Source of the DNA: the human T2T-CHM13v2.0 reference genome, Homo sapiens
Length of the DNA: 64,000 nt
Reading direction: 5' to 3' (one strand)
NCBI RefSeq assembly: GCF_009914755.1
Contig: NC_060928.1
A program made the position numbers and the translations under genes. Position 1 is the stretch's first letter. Each line of letters begins with the position of its first letter. Below, one piece after another: positions 46,768 to 58,730 of this stretch. The notes beneath the pieces were generated by a model that was given only the letters and a program-made list of their open reading frames with translations, searched no databases and was not told the DNA's origin.

Positions 46768-47676
46768 CTGTATTTGTTTTAAGGGCATTTTAGTAGTGTC
46801 ACAAAAGAGCCAATAAAATGTAGACTCTTAATTTTTCACAGGCAGATTATTTGCTTTGCAAGTTTTATTACTTTTATATTAGTAATGAAGTACTGTGTTG
46901 ATAAAAATATATTTTTTATCTACCTGATAGAAGTTGGAAGAGAAAATCTATCAAGTAGAAGTAATTACTTACCATTGGACCTTAGTAAGTTTTCAGAGAA
47001 TGCAATTCTAGTACAGATTGATTTTTTTTTTTTCATTCCTAAAGATAGTATAGTTCATGACTGTTAAAAAATATAGAGTTTTGGTAGAAAATAATGGGAA
47101 AGAAGGGAATTATACTTGTCAGTCTCTTCCCTTGCATAAAAATGCAGGGTGCATCCTTTTCACTTGTTCTTTTAGGATTTTTTAAAAAAATAATTACTAG
47201 TAGCTCCATTTATAGTATGTAGAAGCAGGGCTGAAAGAGGTTTTTAGCACTCTTTATCATTTATTAGCAAATGAACTGAAGTGCTGACTAGCAGAGTTAC
47301 AAATAGTGCTTAAAATGTTATTCTAGTCCAATAATATTAAATCTGACCCTTCACCAAACTTCAGTATCAGTGCTGTGTGGTATGAATTTCATTTGAATGG
47401 GTGGTATGGAAGTTCAGATGGATCACCTAAACAGTTGTAAACGGTGTAAAAGTTTTGGGTAGAGGAGATAAGAAGAATTTAAAGGTAGTGTCCTGCAACC
47501 ACAGAAGGAATAATACGTTTCACTTTCATTTCTTATATCAGTATCTGAACATATTATAATTAGGGCTTTGCATTGTGCAGAATGATTACGAGGTTTAGAG
47601 ACCAAAAGAGGCATGGTCATGTAGAATTACTTACTAGAATGTTTGGTATAATAAAAACCTTAACATGATCTAAACT

Positions 47677-47878
47677 AGAGGCTGTCAAATGATGGCTTAC
47701 AGGCCAAGTCCTGCCCACCGCTTGTTTTTACTAAAGTTTTGTTGGAACACAACCATGGTCACTTATTTAGGTTTTGTCTGTGTCTTTCTACAGTGACAGA
47801 GCTGAATAGTTGAGATCATTTGACACACAAAGACTAAAATATTTACTGTCTGGCCCTGTATAATAAAATTTGCCATTT
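47677..47878. mobile_element. MER58A-like hAT-Charlie element
   Basis: aaagttttgttggaacacaaccatg...agctgaatagttg...ctaaaatatttactgtctggccct. Confidence 0.75.
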
Positions 47879-48825
47879 CTTAACAGTGGGACATATAGAA
47901 TAGATTGTTTATAGAAACCCTTTATTGAAATGGTATTTTCACTGTAATGAAATTTTTTCCATAGTAATAATGAATTACTCTTAAATTTGAAATTTCTTTT
48001 ATTCTTGAATACATCTAAAATTATGTAATCTCTTCATTCTTTCTGATATAAAAATTTTATAAATACTATTTAGAAAAATGGATTTTTTTTCTTTAAAAGA
48101 TTCTGAAGTTATTTTTGAGTGTGGACATGAGGCACAATGGGCAAATAATTTTTTTCCCTCATAAAACTGTTACTATGGAAATAAATGTAGAATTACAGCA
48201 ATAAGTTTTCTCCCTCTGGAATCAAATAGAATATTGTGAAATTTTGCACATAATTTGAAAACAGTTTTAAGAAAGATGTATGCAAATAAATTATAGGATA
48301 TATAAAACACTTATTCTTAAAAATATGTCATATACTAATATTTTAAAATAAATGTACCTAAGGAGATAACAAGTTAAGTGTTATATCTTTGTTGGAATAC
48401 TTTAGAAGATTGAGGCTTTGACCAAATGAATTTACATGGAATATCACCAGATGATGAAGTCAATTTGGGGTGTGCCCACAGTAATTTTTGTTTTGGACTT
48501 CTTTTTTTTGGCACGTTGAGTGAAATGACATCTTTGTTGATTCTTATTCTTCCATGACACGATTCTATATAATTTTGGATTGTGGTTACCTTTAGAGATG
48601 ACCTGTACCTATATGGAATAAGTGCCCTTCCCACAAAATGGCCCCCTCCACAGTGAGGAGTTAGAAGAGAGGGTGATACTGGAAAGCCATTTTGCTTGGG
48701 TTGACACTGATTTTAGAAATTCAAACAATTTGTGCTGAAGAGCAAGGTCTTTGGAGAACATTTGGGATGATAACTAGTCTCCCACTCCAAACTGGATGAA
48801 TGACTTGATAAAGTCATTTTACCCC

Positions 48826-49134
48826 TTCGTTTGTTTGTTTGTTCGTTTGTTTGTTTGTTTGTTTAGACAGAGTCTTGCTGGAGTGCAGTGGCACAATCTC
48901 GGCTCACTGCAACCTCTGCCTCCCAGGTTCAAGCAGTTCTCCTGCCTCAGCCTCCTAAGTAGCTGAGACTACAGGCACATGCTACCACGTCCAGCTAATT
49001 TTTGTATGTTTAGTAGAGATGGGGTTTCACCATGTTGGCCAGGCTGGTCTCAAACTCCTGACCTCAGGTGATCCACCCACCTCAGCCTCCCAAAGTGCTG
49101 GATTGATTACAGGCACAAGCCAGCGTTCCTGTCC
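48826..49134 (-). mobile_element. Alu with a (TTTG)n tail, inside a MIR
   Basis: Antisense Alu; TSD attttacccctt. Confidence 0.93.
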
Positions 49135-52100
49135 AATTTTACCCCTTTGCATTTGAGTTTCTCATCTGTAAAATGAGAGAATGACACCTAAATCATGAGA
49201 TTATTATAAATGAAAAATATAGTTATATGGATATGCGGTTGAGTGCCTGGCACATAGAATAAATTTAAGGTAGCTGTTAGTCTTTGTTTCCACTTATGCT
49301 ACTTAAATTTAAATTTGCTTGAATTGCTTGCTACTTGACAAAATGCTTTCTTTCTTAGTGATTTTCAGGTATTTAAGTATTAATCATTTGAACTTTAAAA
49401 TAACAAATTGGGGTGATATCACTCACGCTCTGCCCTAATACCCTCTTATTTTCTTCCTTTCTTCCATCCATTGGTTCTCTGGCTTGACTTTTATCTGGTT
49501 GATGAAAATTTCTTCTCAAACCCTAATAAACCTTCATGGCCACCTGAAAAGGATTATTGCAACAAAAGCACTCACCCTACTTACAGAATTATTATAATTA
49601 TAATTCTTAAAGAAGTATTATAATTAGATATATTATAATTAGATATGCTTAGAGAAGTATTATAATTATCAAATGGTAACTGCCTGTTCTGGATATATAT
49701 CAGAGCCACACTCAAATTTAAAATCAAGCACAGGCACAGAGGGCCACTGGTACTCACATGGGCTAAAGCAATTCTGCTGCTTTTGTCTTTTTTCCTTCTT
49801 TCTTTGACTCTTCAAAAAGCCTGACCAGCTTTGGGTTATTTCTTTCTCTCTGTAGGAAAAAAAGATGTACGTATTAATTCCTATAGTAAGATAGAGAAGA
49901 TGCAAAGAGGGAGAAAAGGAGTGAGTGTGTGAGTGAGTGCATGTGTATGTGAAGAGTACAGTCTTTTATAAGCCACAAACTGTTATAATATGCTGATATA
50001 TAACTATTTTGTACTTTTGTTTATAGGAAATAGAATCTTTACATAATCTCAAACCATTTAGAAAAACCTAATACATTGCCATAGTGATTTAAATGTTTAA
50101 GGTTTGAGTATTTGGAACAGTAGACTAGCTGAATATGCAATAAAGTGTGAGGAAACTGTTTAGAAAGACATCCTTCTGCACTCTTGAGTGCTCACTTTTT
50201 TCCTTCTAGAGTTGCTTTGTTATTACAGATTGACAACTTTGCAATTAAAGTGATTAATGATGTACCCTAGTGTTTATGGGTCCCAAGGTCAGTGGATCCA
50301 AAGATGGCCATGCTGTGGGAAACTTAGACAAGAGCTCATCTCATAGAAGATGAGGCAAACACCCTCCTTTTTTTCTGTGTGATTGTTTACGAGTTAAGTA
50401 TATTAGATGCTTGAGGGAGTCACCAAGACATAATGAGTAATGTGCATAATCTTTATCATTCTAGTTCTATTGTCTAGTTCCTCATTCTTAAACACTAATG
50501 CGAACATTCAGAACCTTATTAACTAAAAACCATGTTATTTTATAAAGCAGTTTTAGGAAACTACATTAATTAGTTAAAAATATACCTTAAGTATAACACT
50601 GCATTGGGTATTCAAAAGATGCAGTTTAGCTTGATTCATTTGCATCTAATTCTTGATAAGACTGCTGTTTATTTGTGGCATAATTTTTCCTATACATTAT
50701 TCTAACCGGTACATCACAATTTTAGTTTTTAACATAGTCAGTTATCACTTAAAACTCCTTTCAACTGTTCAGGTAGAGGTTCTGAAACTGGTTATAATGC
50801 ATCAGGGATTTTTATTTTGGATACTACTTTTACAAAAGTCAATCAACTTCAAATAGATTGTTCTAGCCACATTGATGGCTTTGTTCTTTGAATTTCATGA
50901 ACTGAGGATACTACTGGGCTGAGGCACTGGTATATCACCGTCGTGGCTTACTCCTGAACAGTGGCTTCACACCAAGGAGGGTGAACAATAAGAAAATTGT
51001 TGACCCCATAGCACAAAGCCGTTGCCAAGATCTCTCTCTGCTGGTTTGAAACTCACACTACACAAAAGTGACTTGTGATGATCACTGCAGTTCAAAGGGG
51101 ATCTGTTATCCCATTGTATATTTGCCAGGATTTGAAGAGAAAATGTAGGAAGAATTTTTTTCGTAATTATACCTCAATTTTTTAAACATCCTTTAAAAAT
51201 TATTGTTTTTATGTAATCTATGACATTGTTAAAGTAAAAGATGCTCAATATTTGTCGAAAGAAAAGGAAGACAATTACAACAATTCTAATTTTGAGAAAT
51301 AGGTTTCCTTATTCACTGGAATCCACTGTTCTTTACTTGAACTTGTTTCCTTTGCTCATTATAATAACCCTACAAGCTAAAAGAGAAGTTGTCTATTAAA
51401 TAGTACACATAGAAGGTTGTGCAACTGCACAGAGTGTAATCTGTATTGCAGTAACTGAATATTAACATCCATTGCTACCTCTCATTAGGTTAGCCAATTC
51501 TCAGTGCTTGCCATAGCTAACCAAATTAACTGTTTTTGGAAAATTCAGTTGCTGCTAAAAATGTTGATCAGAGTTCATTATTAGATTATACTCATAGAGA
51601 CCGAATATCCTGTGCTAGTGTCTTCTGTTTGTGATCTGTTGTCTTTAAAGTAAAACAAGCTCATGGTTTATAGCTTAAAATGATCATCACTTAGTATTTA
51701 CCTGCTATGCTTACATTTCTTGAATTCTGTGCTTGGTGTGTTATCCTCCAGCTAGTGTGATATGAGTGGAATCAAATTGCTACTGGCATATTAGACATAA
51801 CATATACCTTAACACTAAGTAAATAGGCTTTAAAACATTAGAGGCTTTCCCAGTCATTTAGTTCCTGTCCATGAATACAAACAGTATATTGTTATATTTA
51901 ACAGTGGTGGGCCTCAGCTCCATCTTAAGCAATTTACCTACACTTCTTTTGAAGTTTCTTCTCTGAAAAATTAGGATAACCATAGGTTTTACTTGGATAT
52001 GATTAAGATTATATGAGATAATTGCTCCAAACCAATTATTGTTACTGTTGAGCCCATGCTAACTAAAGGCACAATAATAACATAGTACAAAAAACATATA

Positions 52101-52862
52101 TTTAAAATGAAAATTAATTTGAATTTGGAAATAGTCAAGTTATATACATGGATTTTTGTCTTTTTCTTCACTCTCTCTTTTCCACACTTATTACTGATGA
52201 CCTGTTACATTCCAGACACTGTGCTGATACAGACACAGATGGGGCATGGTCATTGCCTTCTCTGAAATTATAGTCTAGTAGAAGGACCTACAGTTTACTT
52301 TTAGCAAATTAAATGTATTAACTTGCATAGACACTTAAGAATAGGAATACAGAATAAATATTCATTCATTGACCCAATTCAACTAGAATGTATTCAGCAT
52401 CTTCACAGAGACCCAATATCCTGTGGATGTTGTTCATGGATGTTAGGAGAAAAGACAGATACTGTTGGAGATAGGAGTCAGATTAGATGGTTGAGGAGCC
52501 ACTCAAAGATCAGAAGGTCATGTTTATTATACTTTACCCTTTTAGGTGGGGGGTATCCTTAACGATTAAACACGGGTGCACTCACAAACAGGATTGATGT
52601 TTGTCATTCCTCAGCTGAATTTGTAGAGAACCAGAGACTGCTATTGAATACCTAGTGTGTAAAATGTTGAATCTTGCAGCATTTGACTTACATGAATGAA
52701 TTAGAAGATTGTGAATAGTAAAAACTATGAATTATGAAACGATACATTCCAGTGATTCAGTATATTAAGGCTATATTATAATAGTAAAAATTCCATTAAG
52801 AAGTCTGCAAGTTTATAAAAATTCATTATTTTTTTTTTCTTTTTCTTTCTTTTTTTCCTCAG

Positions 52863-52905
52863 AGCATCTGCTGCACCCAAGCCTGAGCCGGTTCCTGTTC
52901 AAAAG
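52863..52905 (+). CDS. PDLIM5: PDLIM5 coding exon, 43 nt, phase 2 to 0
   Basis: Long polypyrimidine tract, then cctcag|A GCA TCT...CAA AAG|gtgtgt. Translates (R)ASAAPKPEPVPVQK, and the phase joins the upstream exon exactly. Confidence 0.96.
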
Positions 52906-53443
52906 GTGTGTTTTTAAGCTAGCACCCAGAGTATCACTTGATTGTCCTTGCTGAGCTACTGTAATTCCCATTACTGTCTCAGACCATACTGACATTCATT
53001 TAATTTATAGTCTCAGTACAATTTTCCTTGTAGTTCTTTTCCTTCAGAGATGAGTAGGGAAATGGAGATCAGCACATACCATTTGTAATTATACATGTTA
53101 TAAAACATTATTTCCAAAGCCATATGTTACAATAACTTATGTCAGATTTCTTACATTTCTATTCACTTTTGATGAGCCCATCTTTATCCAAATCCTTATA
53201 TTTTCTAAAGAGAATAAATAAGTGGTTACTGAAAATTAATATCACAATAAGTCTTTAATAACATTTTATTAATAAGTGCTTAATTACATTTCAGAGTATT
53301 CTTAGGTTATTGGCAAGTATCCCTCTTCTTGCATATATGTCTTCAAAATAATTTCAAACCATTATTCATATATATCTGTTTTATGCTTTTGGGGGCTTTC
53401 TCCCTAATTTTATCTGTGCCTATTTATTGAACTACTTATTATA

Positions 53444-53656
53444 CAGATTGAGCATCCCTAATTAGAAAATCCAAAATGCTCCAAAATCCCAAACTTTCTG
53501 AACACTGACATGCTCACATGACCATTGCAGCATTTCAGATTTTGGATTCTTGGATTAGGGATGCTCCTGCATTCTACAAAGATTCAAAAATCTGAGAATA
53601 TCTGAAATCTGAATGCTTCTGGTCCCAAGCTGTCTAAATAAGGGATACTCAACCTG
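53444..53656. mobile_element. MER46/Tigger4-like TcMar MITE
   Basis: Terminal inverted repeats cagattgagcatccct / agggatactcaacctg, flanked by TA on both sides. Confidence 0.8.
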
Positions 53657-53727
53657 TATTGATTCGTGTGGGCACTAAGCTACTTATTTTTCTCAATTAG
53701 TTTTCTTCTTCCTATAAGATGAATTGA

Positions 53728-54026
<299 letters not shown>

Positions 54027-54147
54027 CAAGATGAATTGAGATTACCTTTTTTCTTAAAATTAAACAGTAGAACCACCATTGTATGATTTTTCAAAAATTT
54101 GATTTTTTCTTTTGATATGGTAGGGTGGAATAGGGATTTATTCTTGA

Positions 54148-54188
54148 TCTGAAGTCTAACGCTCTACCTCTGAGCTATCCCGCCTCCT
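54148..54188 (-). pseudogene. Tailless retropseudogene of a tRNA 5' half (Cys-like; anticodon position reads TCA)
   Basis: Minus strand reads GGCGGGATAGCTCAGAGGTAGAGCGTTAGACTTCAGA(TCAAGA). 15-bp TSD gggatttattcttga at 54133-54147 and 54189-54203; no poly-A. Confidence 0.8.
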
Positions 54189-55126
54189 GGGATTTATTCT
54201 TGAATGTTGTAGAAGCTTAGTCTGATTTTGTTTAACTTTAAATATGCTTTGGAATAAGGATTGGCAAATAAAAATTCTGGTAATTTTAGGAGGAATTGAC
54301 CTTTCTTACTAGTTGTTTTTTCTTTGGCTGCTGACGATGGGGAAATATTGAAGATTTTTTTTTCTTCATGTAACTATTAAATATTTATTTTGGAAAAGGA
54401 AAAGAATTTTATTCTATCTCTGAATCATATCTTAAAACATTCAGAGAGAGAAATGGAGGTGGATTACAAGAAAGAAAGGATTTTGTTTTATTTGCTTTTT
54501 TAAAGTTTTTTTTTTTTTTTCAAATTCTTTAAGATTATTAATTAGAGTTTGCACATTCCTGAGTTAGGTGAAAATTATCTTATTCCCTGTGTTTTTTGTT
54601 TTTTTAAACTTAAAGAGTTAGAAATGTGCTGCTCCTTCTGCGTGAAACAAATGATTCCACTCTGGAGAGAAATGAAACATGTTTGAAAAATGGGACTATG
54701 GGCTTTGAAAGATGGAAAGATGGGCTTTGGATATTTTAACATAAAAAACACCTCAGTTAGCAATGTTTTGTTTATTGTAGGGTATTTAAACATTTTTCCT
54801 TTGGAATATGCCTAGGTTGACACTGATGAGGGGCTTTAGGCTTTCTGATAGTTTTCCTGCTGTATTTCCGAAATATTTTGAAACTACTTTCATTTTTATT
54901 TTTAAAAATTATACCTAATGTGTGCATCTGTGTTATGCATGTTGGGACTAGTTAGCATGCACGTTATGCTTTATCAGCCCATTGTTTTTATCTGGAAACA
55001 TGATGTTTGAGCTGCTAACCTGATTGTGTTTGTCTTTTAAAAAATCAGCTCTGTGTTCTTTTCGGTGAAATATATTTTGCATGTGTTTGGTGTGGTTTTG
55101 TGTATGTTTATTTTTGTTTTACATAG

Positions 55127-55545
55127 GGAGAACCTAAAGAAGTAGTTAAACCTGTGCCCATTACATCTCCTGCTGTGTCCAAAGTCACTTCCACAAACAA
55201 CATGGCCTACAATAAGGCACCACGGCCTTTTGGTTCTGTGTCTTCACCAAAAGTCACATCCATCCCATCACCATCGTCTGCCTTCACCCCAGCCCATGCG
55301 ACCACCTCATCACATGCTTCCCCTTCACCCGTGGCTGCCGTCACTCCTCCCCTGTTCGCTGCATCTGGACTGCATGCTAATGCCAATCTTAGTGCTGACC
55401 AGTCTCCATCTGCACTGAGCGCTGGTAAAACTGCAGTTAATGTCCCACGGCAGCCCACAGTCACCAGCGTGTGTTCCGAGACTTCTCAGGAGCTAGCAGA
55501 GGGACAGAGAAGAGGATCCCAGGGTGACAGTAAACAGCAAAATGG
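55127..55545 (+). CDS. PDLIM5: PDLIM5 coding exon, 419 nt long form (Ser/Pro/Thr-rich linker with YNKAPRPFGS ALP-like motif), phase 0 to 2
   Basis: ttttacatag|GGA GAA CCT AAA...AAT GG|gtaggt. Translates GEPKEVVKPVPITSPAVSK...QQNG and overlaps ORF-track entry 55154..55549. Confidence 0.96.
55454..55545 (+). CDS. PDLIM5: PDLIM5 short form of the 419-nt exon via an internal 3' splice site (92 nt; PTVTSVCSETSQELAEGQRRGSQGDSKQQNG)
   Basis: cacggcag|CCC ACA GTC is phase 0 and removes 327 nt (109 codons) in frame. It matches my recollection of ENH isoforms reading ...PVQK-PTVTSVC.... Confidence 0.8.
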
Positions 55546-55888
55546 GTAGGTGGCTAAGGTGCTTTCTGCTCTTACTAAAACTCTTCTTTCAGGTAATTTC
55601 CAGGAAATACTCTACATTCCTCTCCCCCAAAACCAACTTTCTTTGAAGGAAGGGAGATGAAGTATTATTTGCCTCATTAACATATGGCCTTTATATACAT
55701 AGGGTACTTTCTGCAAAGCAATTATCACTTATTCAAAAGCTACTTGTGCATTTTGACATGTTCTGAACCATGTAACATCTCTGTAACTCATTTTTTGTAA
55801 GTCCCGACACAGCATTGAGCAGCTGGCACTTGTAATGCAAGGCAAATCTTGAATCTTTCTTCCTCAATTTTTTCATTCTTTTAAATAG

Positions 55889-55942
55889 GCCACCAAAAGT
55901 TCAAACAGTGGTTACAGTTGCTGTCACCTTACACAACTCATC
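55889..55942 (+). CDS. Candidate frame-preserving cassette exon, 54 nt ((G)PPKVQTVVTVAVTLHNSS), phase 2 to 2
   Basis: ctttcttcctcaattttttcattcttttaaatag|G CCA CCA AAA...TCA TC|gtaagg. Open in the phase left by the upstream exon. No transcript evidence is available to me. Confidence 0.35.
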
Positions 55943-56828
55943 GTAAGGAGAGGGGAAATCATGAATTTGTAAGGGGTTTTTTTTCTAGGAGGTAATCTTA
56001 GGAAAACCAGTCCACTTTTGACTCATGTCTATATGTGAAGCATTAGCTTAGAGCAGAGAGCTAACAACATTGTTTTCAGATAAGTTTAAGTTAGAATTTA
56101 TTCTTTAAAAGCAGACAGTAATGAAACAACAAGGCACGCTTAGAAAGCATTAGAAGCAAATTATAAAATACTTTCATTGTAAACGTTTTCTGAAATGAGT
56201 AAATTTAAGCCATTGGACACTAAACATACATGTTAGCAGAACACTTTGAAAATCTGTTTCTTATCGTTTTTCCCTTTTGGGGGTATCTTTTTATTAAAAA
56301 AATTGGTTGAAGTTATTAACTTATTTGAACTACACATAGTTATAAGATCACACATCTGTTTTTCAGCAACCTTCAATTATTTGTTTATTTTTTTTTAACA
56401 CTTTCGGTTCAAATATAATGTTATCAGATAGTCAGAAATTTATGTTGAGGAGCAAGGATTTAAGTTGGCCGTGAGAGGTTATGTACAGTATCTTTTTTAA
56501 AAATAATTCTTTTCTATAATGTAATCCTACTTGCAAAGAAAAAAGTAAAGAAAAGAGAGAGAATAATGATGGTCATTTTATTGCTTTTGGAATTCAGGGA
56601 TGATACTTTAAGGCAGTCATTTATGTAAAATCATTTTTATCAGATTTATTGTGACAAAAATGTACCTTAAAAGGAAGACAAAGGGAAATAGTCTACAGGC
56701 CTGATGGTTTTTACCAATGCCAGTTCCCAGGAAAATATAATTAAAATACTTGTGTGGATAGGTCCATTCTCTGAGATAATCCCTTCTGAATGTTAATTCC
56801 TGTAATGAAGAGGCTGTGCTTTCTGTAG

Positions 56829-56951
56829 CACTGCTGCCATGGCAACTTTGGGGCTTTGAAAGAGAAGGTGGCAAAACTCCAGGCTGCTGCTGAGAGAGGG
56901 AGAGCAGGAGCTCTAGAAGAACAGCTCCTGGGCTGTACATACGGTCTTGAG
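56829..56951 (+). other. Candidate 123-nt exon, or internal first exon (41 open codons, phase 0 to 0)
   Basis: gctttctgtag|CAC TGC TGC CAT GGC...CTT GAG|gttgtg. Purine-rich, higher-GC island in AT-rich intron; the donor is weak. Confidence 0.3.
56833..56846. promoter_or_regulatory. RFX X-box motif
   Basis: GCTGCCATGGCAAC, a 13/14 match to the palindromic X-box GTTGCCATGGCAAC. Confidence 0.5.
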
Positions 56952-58713
56952 GTTGTGGGTGGCTTTCTAAAGTTCTGATATATATATATATATTGAGGAA
57001 AACTAGTATCCTTCAAAAAAGAATGTTATTGTTTCTTTCATGTGAGGAAGAGAAACAGTATGGAGTGTTCAGGAGTGTTTGGTCGTAATCTTTTTTTTTT
57101 TTTTTTTTTTTTAGTATGTTTATTTTAAGACAATAGATTTTCGAGTAATCAGAGTAGATATCCTGCAAAGAAAGATGCTGTCTGTCAAATGCAAGCCACA
57201 CAGAAGACTAAAACAGAAGTTTACCATGTTTATTAAATTCCAAGTTCAGTAGAAAAACATCCATTGAAGGAAGTGTCTTAACTAAAATCTTTTCTACTAG
57301 TGCTTCTTGAAATCTCATAAAAAACTCTTCTTAATAGAAAGTTGTAGAGGTAAAAGCAAACAGGTTATGGAAAAGTACTGCATTTAAAACATCTGAAAAT
57401 ACCAAGCTTAAGTTTTGTGTTTTATAAGCACAGCTTTGGTGATAAAACTTGAAATGATTTAAAGCTTATTATTTTTAAACTGAAACTAGGCAGTATTATA
57501 GAGCCTTTATGATGGCTTCTTAATCAATTGGCAGTGTTTATTAAGCACATGCCTGCTGTCCAGCACTGTGCAAAATTCAGGAGAAAAGAGATTACTACAT
57601 ATTTTGCATCATTTTCAGGCAAGTTACTGCTTTGCATTTGCAAACTGGGTGTATTTAAAAATAGCTTGATTTCAAGTGTCTAGATATTAGGACAATAAAA
57701 ACTTGATTACTCTGAAAATAAAGTGTGTTGTCTGTGAAACTCTGAGACACATTGGTAGCGCCCTTTCATTCACGATATTTAGATTGAGAAGTAAAAATAA
57801 ATTACACACTTTACTAGTCAGTGATGTGTCATTTTGAAGAGTAGGTGTTTTGTGCTATTAATGGATGCATTTTTTGCATAAGTTGTCAAACTTTTTCTGG
57901 AATCAGTGTCAAACTTCTTACTATTATATTTCCCAGATTTTTATAATGTTGCAAAATACCTACAACAAAACTCTTTTAAAGTTGAGAGTTGTTACCTTAT
58001 ATTTATATTAGTTATTTTTTAATTTAAAAAATAATACATACCAATGACCAAAAATTTAAGAGTTCAGAAGGATGTAAAGTTAAATGCTTAGGTTGTCTTT
58101 TTCCTGAAAGCACCAGGAGGACTATTAGTTTTTAGTTTTTAAGCTAGTTTGATAGCTATTCCACGCAAATTTATATAGCATTGATAAACAGACATAAACA
58201 GATGCTTATTAATGAAGCATCATTACTAAGAAATAATTAGCTGTTCATCCTAATAGCATGAAATCTGTACATAACGTCGATATTTTTAGAATATTTTAAA
58301 TTAATAGTCTGTAAGCATTCCTGTTCCTTCTTATGAGTAAGGATTAAGGCATGTTAAGAAAATTTAAATCTTTCTTCTGTATGTACAAATTATTGGTCAT
58401 AGCTGGCTGTTTTCTTTACTACTCTCCTTACTCTACTAAGAGCCAAATGGGACTTTATATTTCAAACTGGAAGGATTGCTGTTTTGCATCAAGTAGTTTA
58501 AGTGATTTACCTTTTCCCTTTCCATATATCCTTGCATTATAATGTGCCACTGCTTTCAAGAGGTAAGTCTTTTAGTATCTTATAATAATTTTAATTTTGA
58601 TGGACTGAAATTTCTTCTAACAGCTCCTGTGTGATACTTTGAAGAACCTGGCCTTGGAAGATTAAAAAAAAATGATGTGGTAGTAATATTTTAAAATACT
58701 TTTCTCTTTGCAG

Positions 58714-58730
58714 AAAACACAAGTGACAAA
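58714..58730 (+). CDS. PDLIM5: PDLIM5 alternative microexon, 17 nt (KTQVTN), phase 0 to 2
   Basis: ttttctctttgcag|AAA ACA CAA GTG ACA AA|gttagt. Matches the recalled muscle ENH isoform sequence PVQK-KTQVTN-NPGTV-KIPPKR. Confidence 0.85.

Noticed and set aside
49588-49670. Repeated gaagtattataatta / tattataattagatat motifs
   Set aside because: Low-complexity AT-rich slippage duplications with no evident function.
54148-54188. Functional opal-suppressor or selenocysteine tRNA (TCA anticodon)
   Set aside because: Only the 5' half is present. There is no T-arm, B-box or 3' acceptor strand, and it is bounded by a TSD.
55207-55464. Antisense and alternate-frame ORFs over the 419-nt exon
   Set aside because: These are shadows of the GC-richer real coding exon.
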